IMG/VR virus record: IMGVR_UViG_3300031825_000010
Span: 1-61,488 of that record
Reading direction: 5' to 3' (one strand)
Source: a virus
DNA length: 61,488 nucleotides
A model generated the notes under the pieces. The model was not told where the DNA came from. It was given only the letters and a program-made list of their open reading frames with translations, and searched no databases. The position numbers and the translations under genes are program-made. Shown here piece by piece: positions 15,822-23,509 of the stretch (positions within the stretch are counted from its first letter, which is position 1; every line of letters starts with the position of its first letter).

Positions 15822-16541
15822 TTGAGTACGATCATCGAAAATAATCAAGAGATTGACCAGTTTACCGAACGAACTATAGCCGCACAGATTGTCCAGTTAA
15901 GCTTATTCGGGGATATCACGCAAGACGATGTTCGGAAAGTGCTTTGGTTGCTTCGGATGCGTTCAGAACATATGATCGAAGTCGTGACAAGTTATGAATA
16001 TGTCAAGCGGTCAACGTGTGGAGTGGTGTCGGAATACGATTTAGCCGCAGCTCACGGTGGGGCTAAACGAATATCCAGCCACGATCTTACGTCTGACCTT
16101 ACTGCAAACACTGTTGTTTTGAAGAACGGACGAGAACCAATTTATTTATTTTACAAGGCAATAATTAAAGACGTAGACAACGCTATTTCAAGTTTATTGA
16201 AGCCCCATCAGAAAAAGATTGCTGAATTACTGTGGAAAGAAGGCATGAAGGCCAAGAAAGCTGTCGAATATATGAGGCGGATCAAAGAAACCTACCTCAT
16301 CTGGCCCATCTCAGAAACGACATTTTTCGAAAATCGCCGTAAAGCAATTGAAAAAATAACCAAAAATTTGAAACTATATGAGACTCTCGATTGCATTATA
16401 ATTGATTATGGCAGTGGCAGAAGCAAAGACGGGGAATGTAGATTTGTTACTTTCGAAGAATTGGAACTAGCTTTACGAGGGGAAATTAGCGTCCTTCGCC
16501 CAGATCAAGCAGAACGAATTCTCAAGTTATTTCGCGGGTGA
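15822..16541 (+). CDS. Hypothetical protein; possible late-gene transcription regulator (ArpU/RinA/sigma-region-4-like), by position only
   Basis: It is the last sizeable gene before the packaging block. The segment LKPHQKKIAELLWKEGMKAKKAVEYM..ISETTFFENRRKAIEKI looks HTH-like. The function is a guess. Confidence 0.35.
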   Translation: MSTIIENNQEIDQFTERTIAAQIVQLSLFGDITQDDVRKVLWLLRMRSEHMIEVVTSYEYVKRSTCGVVSEYDLAAAHGGAKRISSHDLTSDLTANTVVLKNGREPIYLFYKAIIKDVDNAISSLLKPHQKKIAELLWKEGMKAKKAVEYMRRIKETYLIWPISETTFFENRRKAIEKITKNLKLYETLDCIIIDYGSGRSKDGECRFVTFEELELALRGEISVLRPDQAERILKLFRG

Positions 16542-16577
16542 AAATCCGTAGCGAAATGGAAACGCACGCGCAGTGGT

Positions 16578-16617
16578 ATCCCCTCACAATTGAGTTAAGA
16601 AAACATTGTGAGGGGAT
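16578..16617 (+). promoter_or_regulatory. 13-bp perfect hairpin sequestering the SD of the downstream HNH gene
   Basis: ATCCCCTCACAAT..ATTGTGAGGGGAT. The 3' arm contains GAGGGG 8 nt before ATG 16624. Confidence 0.5.
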
Positions 16618-16623
16618 ATTTGT

Positions 16624-17172
16624 ATGAAAAATGAATATGAGGTACGCGGGGATGTAACAGCCATTTTTATTAAATGCCATGGGAGAATATTTGAAACAAT
16701 AATTGATACGTGCGACTTACCGCTTGTGAAATCATATCCAACCAGATGGTATGGCTATTTACATCGTGATCGAGTGTATGTCGTAGGAAATATAAACAAA
16801 GGGAATGAAAAATCCAGGCAACTTCACCGTTTGCTAGTGGGTGATCCAAAAGGTTTAGTAATAGATCATATCAATCACGATACATTGGATAACAGAAGAA
16901 GTGTAAATCTTCGCGTTGTGACCAATGGAGAAAATTTGCAAAATCTTAAGATTAAGAAAAACAATACAAGTGGACATAGGGGAGTTGATTGCGTAAAAAC
17001 AAAAACAACATGTGTTAGATGGAGAGCGAGGGTTAAAATAAATGGACGTGTAATACAAAAGAATTGTCTTTCAAAAGAAGAAGCTATCGCCTTGACGATT
17101 GAATGGAGATCAAAGTATATGCCATATTCACAAGAGGCTATGCAATTGAAATCCGTAGTAACAACGAAGTAA
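16624..17172 (+). CDS. HNH endonuclease with AP2-like DNA-binding domain (homing endonuclease type)
   Basis: HRLLVG..VIDHINHDTLDNRRSVNLRVVTNGENLQN, then SGHRGV..RWRARVKINGR..EEA. Confidence 0.8.
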   Translation: MKNEYEVRGDVTAIFIKCHGRIFETIIDTCDLPLVKSYPTRWYGYLHRDRVYVVGNINKGNEKSRQLHRLLVGDPKGLVIDHINHDTLDNRRSVNLRVVTNGENLQNLKIKKNNTSGHRGVDCVKTKTTCVRWRARVKINGRVIQKNCLSKEEAIALTIEWRSKYMPYSQEAMQLKSVVTTK

Positions 17173-17483
17173 TAAGGATATATGCTTTAAATGTAACGTG
17201 GTGGCGGAAGAGAGACGACAGTAAGCGAAAGCCGAAATGGATTCACCAGTTCATGGGAGAATGGCCCATGACCACGTTTAACCCTTATCCCTTGTACAAT
17301 GTATTGTGTACAGACTGTATGTTTACAAGGGAGGGAACCATCCGGAGAATGTCCTATGAGGACAATAGTCCGAGGACGAGAAAGGCTCCATTCCGGGGCG
17401 CGGCGGATTGGCGGTAACCGTCATAATATAAATTACCGCTCTTCAATTATCGCGAATTCTAACCTTTTCATACCCCCTCCTTC

Positions 17484-17515
17484 AGTCCGCCATAGTGCGG
17501 GCTATTTTGTTTTTA
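17484..17515 (+). terminator. Intrinsic terminator ending the structured region downstream of the HNH gene
   Basis: AGTCCGC-CATAGT-GCGGGCT followed by ATTTTGTTTTT. Confidence 0.6.
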
Positions 17516-17702
17516 TGACAATTGCTTATCTCTCATTTTCGAATACTCCAGACCACTCCTGAAGTCCCAATCATCTTTCAGCCTGCTTGCCGGAGCGAAG
17601 GCAAGTTCGCGGGACTCCTCCTTTCGTGAGCGTTGACCATAGGCGCTATATGGTCTGGATCTTGGCGGCATGGGCGCAGCCGAAGAAATGCGCCTTCTTA
17701 AT

Positions 17703-17900
17703 TTAACGAACTTTAAATTCACAATTCCTTCGCATAAAGTAGGACCCATTGATCTTTACTGCAATATCATCATACTCCTGGATTGGCCCTCCATAGGAAA
17801 TTAATTGACCTTGCTGATAAACGCATACGTTAAGGTTATTTGCCTGAGCGGAACCGAACTTTTCATCGGTATCGAGGATATAGCCAGGTTTGAACATCAA
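17703..17900 (-). CDS. Hypothetical small protein (minus strand)
   Basis: 65-aa ORF with SD GGGAGGGATG upstream. It is isolated on the minus strand. Confidence 0.4.
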   Translation of the reverse strand: MMFKPGYILDTDEKFGSAQANNLNVCVYQQGQLISYGGPIQEYDDIAVKINGSYFMRRNCEFKVR

Positions 17901-17966
17901 TCATCCCTCCCATTGCAAATATAGCAGAAAAATGGAAGATGCTGTATAGTTGTGGAGGGAGGTGAT

Positions 17967-18236
17967 ATGGTGGATTTCAATAATTTAGATTTCTCAAATC
18001 TATCGTTTGTTGGGTTTGACGAATTATTTAATGATTTGTTTATGCAAAAGTACACCAAGTTCCAATCTGCTAAAGAATTTCAGGACACATCTCCGATGGA
18101 ATTAAGCAGCCCGACTCCAGACGACTTCAAGAACTACGATGTTGACAAATTAGACGAGTTCATTAAGGAAAACACATCGTTCAGTTCATGGATTGAAATG
18201 TTGAAAAAGGCATCAGAAGAGTACAACTCCAAATAA
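17967..18236 (+). CDS. Hypothetical acidic protein
   Basis: SD GGAGGGAGGTGA, then ATG 17967. Followed by a terminator. Confidence 0.5.
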   Translation: MVDFNNLDFSNLSFVGFDELFNDLFMQKYTKFQSAKEFQDTSPMELSSPTPDDFKNYDVDKLDEFIKENTSFSSWIEMLKKASEEYNSK

Positions 18237-18255
18237 GCACCTTCGGGTGCTTTTT
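18236..18255 (+). terminator. Intrinsic terminator
   Basis: AGCACC-TTCG-GGTGCT followed by TTTT. Confidence 0.75.
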
Positions 18256-18262
18256 AACTTGC

Positions 18263-18691
18263 TTGGAGGTGTGGATCGTGAAACATATCTTCCAGCCGCC
18301 GGGATCGAGCCTGTGCGGTCAAACGTGCGTAGCTATGATCGCTGGAGTAAGTCTGGAAGAATCAATCGCAGCGTTCGGAAAGAGAAGCGGAACAAGGACA
18401 AAAGAAGTTGTCGCGGCACTTCGAAAGCTTGGTGTTAATTGCGGCGATCCTCCATTAATGAGACTCCGTGAGCCTTGGCGGCTTACCAACTTACCCGAAA
18501 CCTGTATTGTAAAGATGCACTTTGATGGATCGAAAACGACTCATTGGGCAATATGGCACAACAAGCGGTTCTATGACCCGGACGAGCGAGGTCACCAATC
18601 ACTCTACGAAAACATAGCTTACCCTTCGGGAGTACGAATCACTTCGTATCTCCCTATTTTTATGTCCAAGGAGGTACATGGCCATGAATGA
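18263..18691 (+). CDS. Papain-like (C39-type) cysteine peptidase domain protein
   Basis: QPPGSSLCGQTCVAMIAG (Q..C pattern) and THWAIWHNKRFYDPD (His/Asp). Confidence 0.5.
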   Translation: MEVWIVKHIFQPPGSSLCGQTCVAMIAGVSLEESIAAFGKRSGTRTKEVVAALRKLGVNCGDPPLMRLREPWRLTNLPETCIVKMHFDGSKTTHWAIWHNKRFYDPDERGHQSLYENIAYPSGVRITSYLPIFMSKEVHGHE

Positions 18692-18795
18692 AGATCGAGA
18701 ACAAGCAGCATTTAAGATATTCACCGTTGCTATCGGATTCAGTTTTATCGCATTTGGGATCCTTGGACTCTTGGAATGTACTCAATAAATTAAGG

Positions 18796-18816
18796 TCAGG
18801 AAAATTTTCCTTAGCT
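18796..18816. repeat. Conserved palindromic element, copy B
   Basis: TCAGGAAAATTTTCCTTAGCT, 28 nt upstream of ATG 18845. Confidence 0.8.
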
Positions 18817-18844
18817 AAAAATAGACAGGGGGTGAAGATGAGAC

Positions 18845-19549
18845 ATGGGACGCCAAAGAGATCCGAATAGAGACAAAGCAAAAGAAATCTATATCGCATC
18901 AAAAGGCGAAATCAATCTCATTGACATCGCCGCTCAGCTTGGGGTATCTGATGGAACGGTAAGAGGGTGGAATGCGAAGGACAAGTGGGAGAACCTGATT
19001 TTCGAACAACCAAAAGTGACAATAAAGGAAAAGATGCATGCATTAAAGCAAGTTGCAATGCGTATAGGAATGATTGGACCTTTGAGAGAAATTTGCGATT
19101 CACTTGGGGATAAAGTTGAAATAAATAAGCCGTTAGTATTTCTGACGATTTGCCAGTACCTCAGAGATGATATATCAATATGGCAGAAATACGCTTGTGC
19201 AATGATCCTTGACTATTACATCCCAAAATGGAGAGAAATTGTACCGGAAGTACTCGGCCCAATCATAGATCGTGACTCAAAAGAAGTTAGGAAATGGCGC
19301 AAAAGAGTCCTCGAAAGAGATGGTTTCAAATGTGTTGAGTGCGGGAACAAAGAGAACTTAGAGGCGCATCATATCTTGCCATGGTCAACTTTTCCCGATT
19401 TAAGAACAGACATAAATAATGGGAAAACTTTGTGCAACGAATGCCATGCAGGAGAACATGAGCATGACGGCGTTGAACATCTCATATTGTCACGATCAAA
19501 CAAAACAAACAACACTAACCATAATTTGTCTGTGGGGTGTTGTGGATGA
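18845..19549 (+). CDS. TerS-like HTH / HNH endonuclease fusion (terminase-associated HNH)
   Basis: The N-terminus IDIAAQLGVSDGTVRGWNAKDKWE parallels the TerS N-terminus. The C-terminus reads GFKCVECGNKENLEAHHILPW..LCNECHAGEH. Confidence 0.75.
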   Translation: MGRQRDPNRDKAKEIYIASKGEINLIDIAAQLGVSDGTVRGWNAKDKWENLIFEQPKVTIKEKMHALKQVAMRIGMIGPLREICDSLGDKVEINKPLVFLTICQYLRDDISIWQKYACAMILDYYIPKWREIVPEVLGPIIDRDSKEVRKWRKRVLERDGFKCVECGNKENLEAHHILPWSTFPDLRTDINNGKTLCNECHAGEHEHDGVEHLILSRSNKTNNTNHNLSVGCCG

Positions 19550-20379
19550 AGAGCGGCAGCGAATTGAATAAAAAAGCGATACGTTCCGAATTCGAAAGGA
19601 CTGATATTTCATTAAAGAATCTAGCCGACAAATATTCCATCAACTACCAGACTATCAAGAGTTGGAAGTCACGCGAGAAATGGGATAAGGTTGCAACCGA
19701 ATCAAAAGAAGTTGCAACCAAAGCCGAGAAGTTGCAACCGAAGAAAGGTGCGCCTAGCGGAAATAAGAACGCCGTTGGAAATGAAGGTGGTGCTCCGTTA
19801 GGTAATAAAAATGCTGTCGGACACGGCGCTCCTCTTAGAAATTCAAATGCAGTTTCGCACGGGTTGTTCCGCAACTTTCTGCCAGACGACGATGAAACTC
19901 GGGAGATTTATGATGCAGCCGGAAGCATTAGCCCGATCGATATTTTATGGGAGAATATTCAGCTTAAGTTCACAGCTATCATCAGAGCCCAGAAGATCAT
20001 GTTTGTTAGTGACCATAATGACATGACGAAGGAAATCCGCAAAACGAAGCTTATCGACCAGGAAGGATTCGCAATGGATGAAAAGGAATGGGAAATTCAA
20101 TTCGCGTGGGACAAGCAGGCTACGTTCCTAAATGCTCAATCCAGAGCTATGAGCACTCTAACATCTATGATCGGTAAATATGAAGAGATGTGCCGGTTAG
20201 GATGGGCAGATGAGCAACAAAAACTACGGATTGAGAAGTTGAAGTTGGAGGTCCATAAACTTGCCAATCCTGATGATGGGGATGCAGACGAGGAACTTAT
20301 TCAAGATTGGGTTGGGGCGGTGTTAGGAGATGGCGACGGAGAGAGTGAAGTCGACGGAGACGAAGAAGGAGATACGTAG
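19537..20379 (+). CDS. terS: Terminase small subunit (ATG 19546 is the likely start)
   Basis: HTH YSINYQTIKSWKSREKWD plus repeats GAPSGNKNAVGN / GAPLGNKNAVGHG / GAPLRNSNAVSHG. Sits immediately upstream of terL. Confidence 0.75.
   Translation: MLWMKSGSELNKKAIRSEFERTDISLKNLADKYSINYQTIKSWKSREKWDKVATESKEVATKAEKLQPKKGAPSGNKNAVGNEGGAPLGNKNAVGHGAPLRNSNAVSHGLFRNFLPDDDETREIYDAAGSISPIDILWENIQLKFTAIIRAQKIMFVSDHNDMTKEIRKTKLIDQEGFAMDEKEWEIQFAWDKQATFLNAQSRAMSTLTSMIGKYEEMCRLGWADEQQKLRIEKLKLEVHKLANPDDGDADEELIQDWVGAVLGDGDGESEVDGDEEGDT
19690..19739 (+). repeat. Three phased GTTGCAACC repeats inside terS (candidate pac/TerS-binding site)
   Basis: GTTGCAACC at 19690, 19711 and 19731, spaced 21 and 20 bp. Each contains the palindrome GTTGCAAC. 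Confidence 0.4.
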
Positions 20380-21784
20380 GAGGTTTCTGGCGTTCAAGAA
20401 GCGAATACCGGAATACCGTAATAATCCAGTTCTCTTCTTCAAGGAAATCCTACAGTTTACTCCAGACCAATGGCAGGATGAAGTGGCAACGGATATTGCC
20501 GGTCATCGGCGCGTGTCCGTCCGCTCTGGCCAAGGTGTGGGCAAGACTGCTCTTGAAGCTGCTGTCGCCCTTTGGTTCCTCTGCTGCTTCCCCTTTCCTC
20601 GCGTTGTCTGCACAGCTCCAACGCGCCAACAATTAAACGATGTTCTCTGGGCGGAAATCAGTAAGTGGCAGTCAAAGAGTCCAATACTTAAACGGATCCT
20701 CAAATGGACAAAGACGAAAGTTTATATGCGGAAGTATGAGGAACGATGGTTTGCCACTGCCAGGACGGCAACGAAGCCGGAAAATATGCAGGGATTTCAC
20801 GAAGATCACATGCTATTTATCGTGGACGAAGCGTCTGGTGTTGCTGATCCGATAATGGCGGCAATATTCGGAACACTGTCCGGAGAGTTCAATAAGCTAT
20901 TCATGTGTGGGAACCCAACTAAAACAAGCGGGTTCTTTTTTGATTCGCACAATAAAGATAGGGCAGTTTTTAAGACTCATCAGGTTTCCTGCTTAAATAG
21001 TCCGAGGACAAGCAAAGAGAACATCGAAATGCTGAAACGAAAATACGGAGAAGATAGTGACGTTTATCGAGTTCGAGTTAAAGGTGAGTTTCCTCGCGGC
21101 GAATCCGATGCATTTATATCTCTCGAAATGGCGATGTTCGCTAAGGATGATGTCAAGGTTATTCCGGAGGGAGACATACTTTATATCGGAGCGGATATTG
21201 CCAGATTCGGCGACGATGAAACGGCTATTTATGCACGGCTGAATGGCGTTGTAATCGACTCTCATTTTCACCATAAGGAAGGTTTGATGGTAACGGCAGG
21301 ATGGGTGTTGAACATGGCAGCGCGATGCAAGAAATCTTACCCGAATATCTCACAAGTACAGATCAGAATTGATGATGATGGTTTGGGTGGCGGTGTGACG
21401 GATCGGGTGAATGAAGTGAACAATGAACAAGGGTTGGGTTATGAGGTCATACCGGTTCATAACGGAGGATCGACTGATGATGAACACTACGGGAACAAAG
21501 GATCTGAATTGTGGGGACAGATAAAAGAGCGACTGGATGAGAACATGAGCAATTACATTTTGGGGTTGCCTGGATATTTGCAGATCCCAGATGATGACAA
21601 ACTCATAACGCAGCTCACAACAAGGAAATGGCGAATGGGCAGCAGCGGAAAGATAGTCTTAGAACCAAAAAAGGAAATGAAAAAACGTGGACTGTCATCA
21701 CCAGACCGAGCCGACGCTTTTGTATTGGCGTTTGCGAACATTGAAGCAGAGTCCGGGTTTGTATTTGGTTCTTTATCTTCTTAA
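20330..21784 (+). CDS. terL: Terminase large subunit
   Basis: Walker A VRSGQGVGKT, Walker B LFIVDEAS, and nuclease-domain acidic residues (IGADIARFGDDET). 484 aa. Confidence 0.85.
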   Translation: MATERVKSTETKKEIRRRFLAFKKRIPEYRNNPVLFFKEILQFTPDQWQDEVATDIAGHRRVSVRSGQGVGKTALEAAVALWFLCCFPFPRVVCTAPTRQQLNDVLWAEISKWQSKSPILKRILKWTKTKVYMRKYEERWFATARTATKPENMQGFHEDHMLFIVDEASGVADPIMAAIFGTLSGEFNKLFMCGNPTKTSGFFFDSHNKDRAVFKTHQVSCLNSPRTSKENIEMLKRKYGEDSDVYRVRVKGEFPRGESDAFISLEMAMFAKDDVKVIPEGDILYIGADIARFGDDETAIYARLNGVVIDSHFHHKEGLMVTAGWVLNMAARCKKSYPNISQVQIRIDDDGLGGGVTDRVNEVNNEQGLGYEVIPVHNGGSTDDEHYGNKGSELWGQIKERLDENMSNYILGLPGYLQIPDDDKLITQLTTRKWRMGSSGKIVLEPKKEMKKRGLSSPDRADAFVLAFANIEAESGFVFGSLSS

Positions 21785-21839
21785 AATCCGTAGTAAAAGC
21801 GAACAATTCTGATGTTATTCTATACATGGATAAGAATGA

Positions 21840-21868
21840 GCGCTGACAACTGTCGGCGCTTTTCTTTT
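21840..21868 (+). terminator. Intrinsic terminator between terL and portal
   Basis: GCGCTGAC-AACT-GTCGGCGC followed by TTTTCTTTT. Confidence 0.7.
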
Positions 21869-21902
21869 GGTCGGAATGTCTCTTGGATGGAGGTGAAACC
21901 TT

Positions 21903-23237
21903 TTGGGACTGAGATCATGGGTAATAAACTGGCTTGAAGCTGGCCGTACAAAGAATGAACCGGATCGGCAGACGGATGCTTACCCGTTCCCTTATGGATG
22001 GTTCAGTGGATGGGGAAATAACCAGCCGACAAAGAAGCGAACACCAGCCAACCTTCGATCACTAAGCGAGTCGCCTATACCGCGCCGAGCAATAAACATC
22101 ATTAAAGATGGCATATCAAAGCTTGAATGGTCGGTTACGGCAATCAATGAAAACGAACAAGAACGATATCAGAATCTGTGTGATGTCGTTTCGAACGTTA
22201 TGCGGAAGCCGAATCAATCCGATTCATTCCGGCTATGGATCGAACAGATCGTAGAAGATATGCTTGTCGCCAGCGCAGGGGCAACGGAGATTGCGAAGGC
22301 TGGAGATTCACTCAGGCCGCTGAGATTGTTTCCGGTTGACGCGTTCTCAATCGAATTGTATCCGAACTGGGACGGAAAACGCGACTCGCTTAGGTATGCG
22401 CAGCGCAAGCCACAAGGCGGATATGTACCTTTAACCGATGCCGAATTGATGTATATCCGAATGAATCCGCGAACAAATACGCCATTTGGATTAGCGCCGT
22501 TAGAAACGGTTTGGGAATCGGTAAATAGCTTCATATCGGCACATAAATCAGCAGGGAAACAAGCGGGGAATAGCTTCATTCGGAAGATTCTAAACCTTGG
22601 CAAAAGCGCTGACTCGAAGGCTGTACAAGCCTATCGAGCATATTGGGAAAATGAAGTGCAAGGGCGAGGAATGATGCCGATTATCGGCGGCGAGAATCCG
22701 AGTGTCTTGGACCTCGGGGCAACAGATGATAAAGCACTATTTCTTGAGTGGCAGCGCTTCTTGATCGAGGTAATTGCGGTTGCATTCGGCGTCTCTCCTA
22801 AGAAGCTCGGGCAGACAAAGGATGTGAACCGCAGTACGGCAGACAGCGAGGATGACGATACCAACGCAACAATCCAAGCCATTGCCGATACCATAGCAGA
22901 GCACATCAACAACGAGATCATTGACGGAAGCTTTAACATGGGCGGAGTCATTCAGTTCAAGTTTAAATATGCTGTATCGCTCAAGGATCAAAAACTGAAG
23001 GCAGACATTGACGCTATCTATCTTGACCGGAGAGTAACCACGCCGGACGAAGTAAGAGATAGCCTCAACAAGAAAGCTTTGCCGAACAATCACGGTGAGG
23101 TCATTTTGCTGCCAAATAGCACGAACGTAATCGACATTAATAAGACAGCAGAGGAACAGGAGGTGCAGCAGACAACCGATCCGCCACCGACTGATCCGAA
23201 TCAACCAAATCCAAGTGATCCGAACGCCGCTGAATAG
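21903..23237 (+). CDS. Portal protein
   Basis: 444 aa, directly after terL, with an acidic/Pro-rich C-terminus. Called by position and size. Confidence 0.75.
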   Translation: MGLRSWVINWLEAGRTKNEPDRQTDAYPFPYGWFSGWGNNQPTKKRTPANLRSLSESPIPRRAINIIKDGISKLEWSVTAINENEQERYQNLCDVVSNVMRKPNQSDSFRLWIEQIVEDMLVASAGATEIAKAGDSLRPLRLFPVDAFSIELYPNWDGKRDSLRYAQRKPQGGYVPLTDAELMYIRMNPRTNTPFGLAPLETVWESVNSFISAHKSAGKQAGNSFIRKILNLGKSADSKAVQAYRAYWENEVQGRGMMPIIGGENPSVLDLGATDDKALFLEWQRFLIEVIAVAFGVSPKKLGQTKDVNRSTADSEDDDTNATIQAIADTIAEHINNEIIDGSFNMGGVIQFKFKYAVSLKDQKLKADIDAIYLDRRVTTPDEVRDSLNKKALPNNHGEVILLPNSTNVIDINKTAEEQEVQQTTDPPPTDPNQPNPSDPNAAE

Positions 23238-23266
23238 AAGGCGTTTTTAATTTGTTTTGAAAGAAG

Positions 23267-23491
23267 GTGAAGAGGTTGGAAGAGTTAAGAAAAGAGTTCC
23301 TTATCCAAGCTGGTATAGCTGGGTGGGAAGTTTTGGTTGTCGCTGTGCGTTTACCGAATGGCGCAATTGAAACAATCACCAACTATCAAGAAGTCAAGTG
23401 CAAAATCGATTATTACGTTAACGCATACGACGAAGAATTTAGATTGAAAGCAAATCCTGATGTTCGGATTGTCGGCTATATGCTCGTCTAA
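23267..23491 (+). CDS. Hypothetical protein
   Basis: 74-aa ORF between the portal and ferritin genes. Confidence 0.45.
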   Translation: MKRLEELRKEFLIQAGIAGWEVLVVAVRLPNGAIETITNYQEVKCKIDYYVNAYDEEFRLKANPDVRIVGYMLV

Positions 23492-23509
23492 CGAAAGCGT
23501 GGTGAGAAC

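Noticed and set aside
16541-17520. Group I intron housing the HNH-AP2 endonuclease. AAUCCGUAG resembles the Q/P4' element, UACAGACUGUA (about 17310-17320) an R-like element, and ACAAUAGUCCG (about 17362-17372) an S-like element.
   Set aside because: The putative P3 and P7 strands are only ~12 nt apart, so there is no room for a P4-P6 domain. UACAGACUGUA is itself a small palindrome. No P1/IGS complementary to the upstream exon end was found, and no split host gene is evident, since ORF 15822..16541 looks complete. The AAAATCCGYAG motif also occurs where no intron could fit, such as the 118-bp terL-portal spacer.
17513-17749. Minus-strand 78-aa ORF (and plus-strand ORFs 17103..17417 and 17299..17562) as genes in the coding-poor region.
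   Set aside because: The translations are Arg/Ser/Pro-rich and low in complexity. There is no SD, and they overlap hairpins. They more likely reflect structured non-coding sequence.
20270-20276. Additional CUGAUGA heptamers at 20270, 21474 and 55979 as possible further hammerheads.
   Set aside because: All lie inside long coding regions. None has a stem II followed by GAAA, nor a stem III ending in a UH cleavage triplet at the right distance.
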